A stretch of 64,000 bases of DNA from a bacterium (lineage in GTDB: Bacteria > Patescibacteriota > CPR2 > UBA1875 > JAJYID01): positions 383,687-447,686 of the forward strand of contig JAJYLR010000001.1 in the NCBI GenBank assembly GCA_021787535.1. The letters run 5' to 3'. The notes beneath the pieces were generated by a model. That model searched no databases. It was not told where the DNA came from and was given only the letters and a program-made list of their open reading frames with translations. Below are positions 45,997 to 54,590 of the stretch, in pieces. The translations under genes and the position numbers were made by a program. Each line of letters begins with the position of its first letter. Position 1 is the first letter of the stretch.

Positions 45997-47454
45997 CTAA
46001 TATCCAAGAATTCCTATTTTTTTGATTTGTTTCCTAATCTCAGTGCGATCAACATTCACATATTTTCTATCATATTCCTCTGCGGTCATAGATTGCCCAT
46101 CCCTTAAAGCAAGTACGGGAAAACCTAAAACCATCCTCATGAACTTTATATCAGAGTAAAAAAAGTTTTCTCCTTTTAAAATAATTTGACGATCTTGAAT
46201 TTCGTATTTTACATTTAAGTTTAAAGTATTTATCAGTTTCTTTATTTCTTTAGCATTTGGTTTTCTAAAAGATTTATCGTGGCACTTTGCCTTCTGTTCT
46301 TTTGGACAGGATGAGGAGCAATAATATTCCTTCCTGACCCATTGCGTATTATAGTCGGCTTCTTTAAAAAGATAACTGATTGCACATGAAGTTTTTTTAA
46401 AATACGGTATCTTCGCACCTTGAAGCATACTATCAACTCGTGCGCGCGTATCCGCAGGCATTTGTTTTAGAGAATCATGAATGTTGAGACCGATATCATA
46501 TGACGGATCAACATAGAGTCCTTTTTTAGCCATATATTCAACTGTGTTGATATCAAGTTTAACCGAAGATCTGACTATGCAATCAAAATAATTTTCACCA
46601 AGTTCTATAATTCTCTTCACTGTTTTCTTATTATCGTTTACATCCTTTATAATCGGCCGAAAGTATAGAACTTTTTTTAGTTTGGAATTTTTGAGATTTT
46701 TCATTGTTGCTAATCTCCGATCATTGATCACATTTTCATATTTCTTAGGCAGACAAGAAAAGGTGACAAATATAACCAGACGAATATATTTATAGCTTTC
46801 AAGTTTCTTTATTAAATTTTTTGATAAATATTCTTTAGTGATAAGCCCGACAACATTTGAGATTTTCATTTTCTCCAAACCGTCTAAAATCTCAAATGTT
46901 GTTTCTGTAACCCCTGTCTGAAAAGGGTCAGTGGCACTATTGTGAATAGCTAAGGGGACGCGAGGGTGATAATATTTATGTCTTTTGAGCGCTTTAAGAA
47001 TTGTTTGAGGATTATATATTTGCTTGGGAATAAACTTGTCCTTTATATCCCAACCATGTTTATAACAATAAACACAATTATTTCTACAACCAGCGATAGC
47101 ATTGATCGATAGAAAATTTTTCGCTAAAACTATAGGTTCCAAAGTAACTTTTCTGTTTTTTGAATCCCTTTGACTCTCTCTTTTCCTATATTTTTGCAAA
47201 CTTCTTTCGAGCTCATTTTTTAAATCAATATCATATATGTTTGCCAAACTAATCATAGAATAGAAAGCATCACCCAATTCCCTTGCAAGATCAGGATTAT
47301 AGATATGCTTTCTTTTACCATAGTTGGTCAGTTCTAAAACTTCTTTTGCGACCTCACCGACTTCGCTTGCTAAGTCCAGACAACAAAGTTCCGGTGTCGA
47401 GACAAGATTAAGTGCTCTTTGTACTTTTTGTACATTTTCCTGCAGAGTCTTCAT
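45997..47454 (-). CDS. MazG-like NTP pyrophosphohydrolase domain fused to an SplB-like radical SAM domain
   Basis: N-terminus 'EVGEVAKEV…ELGDAFYSMISLANIYDIDL' (MazG E-x2-E…E-x2-D), then 'AIAGCRNNCVYCY' (CxxxCxxC), and a C-terminal 'CSSSCPKEQKAKCHDKS'. Confidence 0.6.
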   Translation of the reverse strand: MKTLQENVQKVQRALNLVSTPELCCLDLASEVGEVAKEVLELTNYGKRKHIYNPDLARELGDAFYSMISLANIYDIDLKNELERSLQKYRKRESQRDSKNRKVTLEPIVLAKNFLSINAIAGCRNNCVYCYKHGWDIKDKFIPKQIYNPQTILKALKRHKYYHPRVPLAIHNSATDPFQTGVTETTFEILDGLEKMKISNVVGLITKEYLSKNLIKKLESYKYIRLVIFVTFSCLPKKYENVINDRRLATMKNLKNSKLKKVLYFRPIIKDVNDNKKTVKRIIELGENYFDCIVRSSVKLDINTVEYMAKKGLYVDPSYDIGLNIHDSLKQMPADTRARVDSMLQGAKIPYFKKTSCAISYLFKEADYNTQWVRKEYYCSSSCPKEQKAKCHDKSFRKPNAKEIKKLINTLNLNVKYEIQDRQIILKGENFFYSDIKFMRMVLGFPVLALRDGQSMTAEEYDRKYVNVDRTEIRKQIKKIGILGY

Positions 47455-47540
47455 TTTTTCTCCTTATTTAAAAAACATCCATTGCCATCATAGACTTTCA
47501 TTTGAATGGATGTAAAAAAGTAAATTTTGAAATCTACTTT

Positions 47541-48188
47541 TTAATAATAGTTACATTCGCAGGGAGTTTTATGGCAAATATAACAACCATCTTGAAATAA
47601 CCAGAGAAAATCATCAGCCAGGTCTCTCGCTAGAGAATTATAAACACGCAAAAAAATTACAAAAAAGTCAGAGGTACCTTTTTCTATCTCATTAAAATAT
47701 TTCTTTTCTTTCTCCCGTAAAAACTTTCTATAAAAATAGTGAAGATTGTCATTTCGACGAATGAGCAATAGATTTAAGTCTCCCGTAATTTCATTAGGAT
47801 AGATTTTACTTATCATTTCTTGCCATTTTCCTAAATTTTTTGGCTTCATAGAACCAGGACGGCCTGTTTTTACTGTCTTAATTCCTTCTTCTGCTCGGCA
47901 GATACATGGAATACTGCCACAGAACGGACATTTGTATGAATACCTTTTCCAAGTCATTTTTTCTAGATCAAGATGATAGCGATTGGTAAGAGCCAAAAAC
48001 CACGCAAGTGATATAACGAGATTCTTATAAATTGTTTTTTCATCTTGGTCTTGAAACGACTTTAAATATTCAAGCAGAAACTTTTTGCCATAAAAAAGTA
48101 TGTCCTCGACATTATACAATCTATCGTCAGGGATCCCGTATATGTCCAATATGGTATCTTGAGAAACTTGGATCGTGAACTCGCGCAT
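47541..48188 (-). CDS. Hypothetical protein with two degenerate MazG-like helical halves, each ending in C-x2-C-x3-PC-x-C
   Basis: CPFCGSIPCIC and CYICHKTPCEC. 'LVISLAWFLALTNRYHLDLEK' resembles the MazG helix. Confidence 0.5.
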   Translation of the reverse strand: MREFTIQVSQDTILDIYGIPDDRLYNVEDILFYGKKFLLEYLKSFQDQDEKTIYKNLVISLAWFLALTNRYHLDLEKMTWKRYSYKCPFCGSIPCICRAEEGIKTVKTGRPGSMKPKNLGKWQEMISKIYPNEITGDLNLLLIRRNDNLHYFYRKFLREKEKKYFNEIEKGTSDFFVIFLRVYNSLARDLADDFLWLFQDGCYICHKTPCECNYY

Positions 48189-48322
48189 ACTTTTAACATA
48201 TCGTATAAACTGACATTTTCCAACCCAAAAACCTTGTAACTGAACACAAAAAGGAATATCCTAATGTTAGCCCAGCTTTGAGCAATAAGCTTATGGACGG
48301 GAAGAAGGGAGGTGATTAAAAG

Positions 48323-48505
48323 ATGAAAGAACTCGCAAAATACGCGGATTATCTTTTTGTTTTATCTTTCCTTGGCATAGTTTTGGCAGCATACGGAGCA
48401 TTTACCGGCAGCGATCTTTGGCTAGGATCAACTCAGTGGCTGCTTGTGTCAATCGGCATGGTAGTGTATGCGCTTTATATTAAAACAAAAGCAACCGCTA
48501 AGTAA
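48323..48505 (+). CDS. Small membrane protein (60 aa, 2 TM)
   Basis: Hydrophobic ORF with a GGAGG RBS. Confidence 0.4.
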   Translation: MKELAKYADYLFVLSFLGIVLAAYGAFTGSDLWLGSTQWLLVSIGMVVYALYIKTKATAK

Positions 48506-48566
48506 TAGAAATTATCTTGATTAAAAAAGAGAGCTCTAAAAGTGCATGAGTTCTCTTTTATTTAGA

Positions 48567-49514
48567 TTAGGTTGCAATATCCTGATAAGATAGTGTCCAA
48601 AATGCAGAAATTATAGCGCTAATAAAACCGCTAGCCAGAAATATAGCCGCAAAAAAGGCGCAAACGGCCAAAACGGCAAAAATGATACCCGCTATCGGCG
48701 CCATGATGAAAAAAAGCAAACCGACAAGGAAAAGAACTAATGCCGCTAAAAGCAGAATAATCAAAAGGACAGTGCCTCCCACTAACCCTATGCCGACCGT
48801 AATCAGCCAAACCAGCAAAGTTTCTTTCTTTTTTTCCTTTATTACGCTCACTGAGCTTTTAACGGACTCAATAATCTTTTTTTCATGAAGCGCGATAAAT
48901 CTGAGCGCATACTCGAATATGATACCGGCAAATACTGAGATGGCAATTGCCGGAAGAATGATCAGAAAAATATAGAGAATGAAAAGCGCTTTAAAATGCC
49001 AAAATACTAATGCAGGCGAAACTAAAACCACAATAACTGCTAAAACAACTAAGGAGATTAGCAAGGACAAACCAAGCACTTTCCAGAACTTATGCAGACC
49101 AAACTTGAGCGCCTGACCAAAGGAACTTTGCCTGCCTTCTGCGATCTCGATCACTGAAAAAACCAATCCTGCCTTCGACATTATTGAAAGGATAACCAAA
49201 GCAAGAAAAACCAGGAGGAGAGCTATAGCAATTATTAAGATAAAAAACCAATGATCCTTGCACCAATTAAGTATATTTGTAATAAATAAATTCCCGTCAA
49301 ACGGCCTAGGTGTGTGACCGGCCGCATTAGTGCTGTTATTGATTTTTTGCTGAAAAAGACCGTTAAGATTAGTGCCATAATTAAAAGAGGTGAAGCTGCT
49401 GCCGGCTAAAAATCCTAAAACCCAAAGATATTTATTCCTCCTGACAATTTTAAAACTCTTTTTTAGATTTTCTACATATTGAACTGTATTGTGATTTTCC
49501 TGACCCTTTGCCAT
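48567..49514 (-). CDS. Hypothetical polytopic membrane protein
   Basis: 315 aa with at least 6 TM segments and no motif. Confidence 0.5.
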   Translation of the reverse strand: MAKGQENHNTVQYVENLKKSFKIVRRNKYLWVLGFLAGSSFTSFNYGTNLNGLFQQKINNSTNAAGHTPRPFDGNLFITNILNWCKDHWFFILIIAIALLLVFLALVILSIMSKAGLVFSVIEIAEGRQSSFGQALKFGLHKFWKVLGLSLLISLVVLAVIVVLVSPALVFWHFKALFILYIFLIILPAIAISVFAGIIFEYALRFIALHEKKIIESVKSSVSVIKEKKKETLLVWLITVGIGLVGGTVLLIILLLAALVLFLVGLLFFIMAPIAGIIFAVLAVCAFFAAIFLASGFISAIISAFWTLSYQDIAT

Positions 49515-49661
49515 TTCTTTCTCCTGCTACCAGATTAAACCTTATTTTTTGCTTTGTAAATATTCATTTTCCCGGATTGCGGCTTTAGCTTAGAACAGAT
49601 TAAGACGGCATTGAAAAAAGACTTTTCATGGGAATTTCGTTTATGTTAAAATATAAGTGAA

Positions 49662-51722
49662 ATGGCTGAACAAATTGAAAATCATACTTTGAGCACAGTC
49701 CTGGCAATACTGGCGGCAATATTTACATGTATTGCAATTTTTACTCTTGAGATATCTGTTTCGCTTAAAAACTTAAATATTTTGGTATCAGGCAATAAAG
49801 CTCTAGCTCTATCCGCTCTTATTTTTTTGGGTACCTTTCTTGTTATAGAATCTCTTTCCAGATACCTGGTACCTATAAAAAAAGCTGTTCCCTTCGGGAG
49901 GAGAATAGGAGCAGCAGGCCTGATTTTTGTATTGCTGCATGTCTTATCAGTAACGCTTGTCTTAAACCAAACATTTCCTTTGAGCTGGTTCTCGCAGCAT
50001 GCTGCAGCTATCATACCTGCAACTGGCGCTCTTTGTATTTTAATCTTTTTGTTTTTGGGCTTTACCAAAACAATTGCCGGCAAACTTGGAGAGAAAAGAT
50101 CGCTATATATTCAGATTTTAGGTTATCTAGCGCTTGCCTTGATAGCCATTCATACATTTATGATTATGAAACCGTCATATGGGGATATCGGCAAAACCAT
50201 ACTTAACAGTTTTCACCAGCTTGACTTTATATTCATTGCGGCTTTTCTGGCGATGATTTTAGCGCTTAGAATTTTTACCTTCTTTATCAATAAAAAACTT
50301 TCACTGCAAGCTAAGATTATTGTGCATACATTTCTGTTTTTTACTGTTAGCGCTGTGATTATTGGCGCATATATCATTATCTCCGACTTAGGAAGCCATA
50401 AAGAAGAGGCCTTTCATCATAATCATCATATGTTGAGTTATGTTCTTTCCGAACTTCAAAATCCAGCGGTAAAAATGAGCGATATCTACAATATTACCGA
50501 TAACCTAACAAACTCAGCATCGGGTGTACCTACAATTTTCTTTATCGATAACAATAAAGAAATCATCCACTATCCAGGCAAAACTAAGGAAGGCACTCCA
50601 TACGCATTTTTTAATACCGCGAAAACAACAAGCGACAATATGGGCTGGGAGTCTGAACATAAAGAAAACGGAGACACCGTACTGGATACCATAGTAGAAG
50701 TCCCGCAAGGCGGATATGTAGTAGCGTCAACTGATTTCACGAAATCAGAAATGGGGCATTTTGATTCAGAAATTCTTCTCTCATCATTTCTGATAGTATT
50801 TGTGACCTTAGTGACGGCTGTCATGACAGTTTTATTCACCCGTTATAATATCTTATCGCCCCTTAAAAAAATTACTACCGCATCGAAGAAAATTGCCGAG
50901 GGTAACTTGGATACAAAAATTGATATAAAAAGCAAAGATGAATTTGCTGTACTTGCTGAAGACTTAAATAATATGGGGGAAAAAATAAAAGCCCAAATTA
51001 ACGACCTAATGAAAATGGACAAGCTTAAAAATGAGTTTATCGCCATAGCATCGCATAATTTAAGGACTCCACTAACTACGCTTCGAGGTTATCTTGACCT
51101 TTTCGAAACGAGCGGCAAACTTACTCCAAAACAAAAAACAAATCTTGAGAAAGCCCAGCATAGCGCTACTTCTTTAGTTTCTCTTGTTGAAGGACTTGTA
51201 AATATTACTTCTCTTGAGACAGCCGGGCTTAAGATCGAAAAAGATACCGTGGATCTCAAAAGCTTAATAGAAAACGTGATTGAGGAAGTTGGCCCGAAAG
51301 CCAAAGGGAAAGATGTAACGATCAAAAATCAGCTAGGAGAAGAAGAAATCTTAACCATTGGAGATAAGGCAAAACTCAAACAGGCCTTCCTGGCAGTTTT
51401 TGAAAACGCTATAAAATTCAACAAAAAAGGCGGAGATATCACAGTTGAAAAAATTATTGATGATACTAAACAACCGCTCATTGGGAGGCGGGAAATGATT
51501 ATCACAATTAAAGATACTGGTATTGGTATAGCGAAAAATGAACGGGAAAACGTATTTCAAAAGTTTAACCGCGGTACAAGCACTTACACGTACGAATATG
51601 AAGGGGTGGGACTGGGACTATATCTCGCACGACTGATCATCCAAGCTCACAGAGGAAGAATATGGTTTGAAAGCGAAGAGGGTAAGGGTACTATATTTTA
51701 TATTTCGCTGACCGAAAAATAG
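49662..51722 (+). CDS. Sensor histidine kinase (multi-TM sensor, HAMP, HisKA, HATPase_c)
   Basis: H-box 'IASHNLRTPL', and N, G1 and G2 boxes in the C-terminus. Confidence 0.85.
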   Translation: MAEQIENHTLSTVLAILAAIFTCIAIFTLEISVSLKNLNILVSGNKALALSALIFLGTFLVIESLSRYLVPIKKAVPFGRRIGAAGLIFVLLHVLSVTLVLNQTFPLSWFSQHAAAIIPATGALCILIFLFLGFTKTIAGKLGEKRSLYIQILGYLALALIAIHTFMIMKPSYGDIGKTILNSFHQLDFIFIAAFLAMILALRIFTFFINKKLSLQAKIIVHTFLFFTVSAVIIGAYIIISDLGSHKEEAFHHNHHMLSYVLSELQNPAVKMSDIYNITDNLTNSASGVPTIFFIDNNKEIIHYPGKTKEGTPYAFFNTAKTTSDNMGWESEHKENGDTVLDTIVEVPQGGYVVASTDFTKSEMGHFDSEILLSSFLIVFVTLVTAVMTVLFTRYNILSPLKKITTASKKIAEGNLDTKIDIKSKDEFAVLAEDLNNMGEKIKAQINDLMKMDKLKNEFIAIASHNLRTPLTTLRGYLDLFETSGKLTPKQKTNLEKAQHSATSLVSLVEGLVNITSLETAGLKIEKDTVDLKSLIENVIEEVGPKAKGKDVTIKNQLGEEEILTIGDKAKLKQAFLAVFENAIKFNKKGGDITVEKIIDDTKQPLIGRREMIITIKDTGIGIAKNERENVFQKFNRGTSTYTYEYEGVGLGLYLARLIIQAHRGRIWFESEEGKGTIFYISLTEK

Positions 51723-51892
51723 TATTTTTGAATTTCTGATTTAGAAAAAGTTTGAATACATAGAAATGGAATCTATTGTTTTCCTAAACCAATATAGTTT
51801 ATGTGAATCGCTGAATATCAAATCACTTGACTAAATTAAAGTAGTTTATCAAAAAGCTCAAACCCATTTACGCCCACCCGCGAAAAATCTTC

Positions 51893-51922
51893 TTGACATA
51901 GGGTGTGATTTTAGAGTATACT
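51893..51922 (+). promoter_or_regulatory. Sigma70-type promoter (TTGACA, 18 nt spacer, TATACT)
   Basis: Seen directly. It would drive the structured element at 51937-52024. Confidence 0.5.
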
Positions 51923-51936
51923 TTTGCTCGTTAAAT

Positions 51937-52024
51937 CTCAGGGGCCGTCGGATTGATATGAGAAGTAAACAGCGTGATTACGTTGAAGAAGTTAAATCAT
52001 AGACTTCCGGCGGTCCCCTGAAGA
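51937..52024 (+). other. 88-nt element closed by a long imperfect inverted repeat (tctcaggggccgtcgga … tccggcggtcccctgaaga): candidate sRNA or structured 5' leader
   Basis: About 14 bp of long-range pairing enclosing about 55 nt, just downstream of the promoter and about 250 nt upstream of PBP1A. Confidence 0.3.
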
Positions 52025-52279
52025 TTTGTACCTTAAGATTTAATATTTTAGTTGCCATCGATTTCATCATTGAAAAACATTGAACTGTACTGCAAACTAA
52101 CTAAAATAAGATCATAAAGGCCTCAAATCCATGCAAATCACAATAAGCAGAATATTCGAGGTCTTTTTTATTTTTTATACTTCAGAAATATTTTCGTAAT
52201 TTTTATTATTAACAAATGCTGCTATTGATATTAGAATTGATACGTAGGAATAATTTTTATTTAAAAATCTCTGGAAATA

Positions 52280-54427
52280 ATGGAAGAAAAAGAAGAAAGA
52301 AAAAGCCGGGTCAGGCATCTAAAAACGGGGGCGTTTTTTAAATATTCTAAAGACGTGTCAATGAAAGCTTTAAAAATATTCGGCAAATCAGCGGCGATTT
52401 TCGCGCTTATTATCTTTTTGGCCGGCAGTTTTTTTATGATAGGCACGTATTTTAAATATGCAAATGACTTTCAAAACGCCAAGCCAAAATCCGGGGGAAC
52501 GCAAGCAATTTTCTATGATAAGGACGGAAACGTTATTTATGAGGGTTACGGAACTTCTGATCCTGATTATGTTTCGCTTGATAAAATACCGGATGTTGTC
52601 AAAAAAGCGACGCTTGCAGCAGAAGATAAGGATTTCTACCATCATGGCGCAATAGATTTGCAAGGTATAGGAAGAGCGGCTTTCAGGAATATACAAGCCA
52701 GCCACAAACGCGGTTTAGCTAAGATGACTGATCTTTTTGACGCCAGCGATTATTCCCAGGGCGGCTCAACTATTACCCAGCAGCTTGTCAAAAATAGATA
52801 CCTTAAAGATGAAAAAAGTTTCGGCAGGAAGCTAAAAGAAATTGTCTATTCATACGAGCTGGAAAAAAAGATGACAAAAGATCAGATTTTGGAACAATAC
52901 TTAAACAGTATTTATTACGGGGAACAAGCCCTTGGTATTAAAAACGCAGCTAAAATATATTTCGGCAAGGACTTGAAAAATCTCGACCTTGCTGAAGCTA
53001 GTATGCTGGCAGGTTTGCCGGCTGCTCCAAGCAAATACGATCCCATTAACGGCGACTACGAAACAAGCAAGAAGAGACAGGAGTATGTTCTGCAGCAAAT
53101 GTATGAGGCAAAGGAAATCTCTCTAGACGAGGCAAAAAAGGCGGCAAATGAACCTTTATCATTTAACGGTCAAAAACATTTTGTTGATAAATATCCTTAT
53201 TTTGTGCAATATGTCAAACAACAGCTAATTGATTTGTATGGTTTTGATTATGTTGAAACGGGGGGGTTAAAAGTCTATACAACCCTGGATTCGGCAAAGC
53301 AGGATTTAGCTGAAACAACAGCTAAAAAATACGTGGATCAGTTTAGATACGCCCATGTCGGCAATGCCGCGGCCGTCATTTTAGACAATAAAAATGACAA
53401 TATCTTGGCTATGGTCGGCGGAGTAGATTGGGATAAAAGCAAGGTTAATGTTGCCGATTCGCCCCGGCAACCTGGATCGTCTTTTAAGCCCATAGTTTAT
53501 GCGACAGGTTTCAAAGAGGGTTACTCTCCATTTACCAAGCTGCTTGACCAGCCCATCAACTTTGGCGGGATTCCTCCTTATACACCCCATGATTTTGATG
53601 GAAGATTTAGAGGCAATGTCACAGCAAGGACAGCACTTTCTAATTCGCTCAATGTTCCGACGGTAGAGATGACTGAGCTTGCCGGTGTCAATCAGGTTAT
53701 CACTACAGCAAAAGACCTTGGCATTAGTACAATAGACAATGATCCCCAAAAGTATGGCTTATCCATCGGTTTGGGAAGCGCAGAGGTAAAGCTTACAGAT
53801 TTGGCAGGTGCGTACGCTGCTCTTGGGAATGGCGGGCAGAGAACTCTGATGTCAGGCATTTCCAAGGTTCTTGACAATACTAACCAAGAGATTTACAAGG
53901 TTGACCGGCAGGAAAAAACCGTAATGGATCCGCGTATCGCCTATATGGTTACCAGTATTTTATCTGATACAAAAGCCAGACAGAAGGTATTCGGCGCCGG
54001 CAATAAACTGGAAATAAAGGGGCATACTGTTGCCGCAAAAACAGGAACGACAGAAAACTTTACCGACTCCTGGACTATGGGTTATAATCCTGATTTTACC
54101 GTCGGAGTTTGGATGGGTAACAATGACCATAGCAAGATGGGTCAGATAAGCGGGATAGAAGGAGCAGCTTATGTCTGGCATGACATTTTCGAGGGGATAC
54201 TCGCGAACCAGCCCGATATCGCATTTCAAAAACCGCAAGGTTTAAGCGAGGCATGGGTTAATCCATATACATTCTCAAAGGCGCCAAGGAGCGGCCCCCC
54301 ATATGTAATTGAATATTTTCTGCCCGGCAAAGAACCGGCTGCAAAACCGGATTTTTCATACCTCAATATTTTCACTCACAAAGGTCAATACTATAAAACA
54401 AACGATAAAGCATCAGCCGGACAGTAA
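52280..54427 (+). CDS. Class A penicillin-binding protein (PBP1A; GT51 transglycosylase plus transpeptidase)
   Basis: GT51 motifs 'EDKDFYHHGAID' and 'GGSTITQQL'. Transpeptidase motifs SSFKP, SLN and KTGT. Confidence 0.9.
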   Translation: MEEKEERKSRVRHLKTGAFFKYSKDVSMKALKIFGKSAAIFALIIFLAGSFFMIGTYFKYANDFQNAKPKSGGTQAIFYDKDGNVIYEGYGTSDPDYVSLDKIPDVVKKATLAAEDKDFYHHGAIDLQGIGRAAFRNIQASHKRGLAKMTDLFDASDYSQGGSTITQQLVKNRYLKDEKSFGRKLKEIVYSYELEKKMTKDQILEQYLNSIYYGEQALGIKNAAKIYFGKDLKNLDLAEASMLAGLPAAPSKYDPINGDYETSKKRQEYVLQQMYEAKEISLDEAKKAANEPLSFNGQKHFVDKYPYFVQYVKQQLIDLYGFDYVETGGLKVYTTLDSAKQDLAETTAKKYVDQFRYAHVGNAAAVILDNKNDNILAMVGGVDWDKSKVNVADSPRQPGSSFKPIVYATGFKEGYSPFTKLLDQPINFGGIPPYTPHDFDGRFRGNVTARTALSNSLNVPTVEMTELAGVNQVITTAKDLGISTIDNDPQKYGLSIGLGSAEVKLTDLAGAYAALGNGGQRTLMSGISKVLDNTNQEIYKVDRQEKTVMDPRIAYMVTSILSDTKARQKVFGAGNKLEIKGHTVAAKTGTTENFTDSWTMGYNPDFTVGVWMGNNDHSKMGQISGIEGAAYVWHDIFEGILANQPDIAFQKPQGLSEAWVNPYTFSKAPRSGPPYVIEYFLPGKEPAAKPDFSYLNIFTHKGQYYKTNDKASAGQ

Positions 54428-54590
54428 TATCCGGATCTCTCTTTGTGAAATAACAGTTCTGTTTTGTTTCTCATAAAGAAGTTTGCCGTATATCTCATTG
54501 TTAATTCTTACAAAAAAAGGACAATGAAAAAACTTTTTTTAGTCTAACTTGACAATGCGGTTAGCCCTTTAAGATATTATCCTTAAACTC

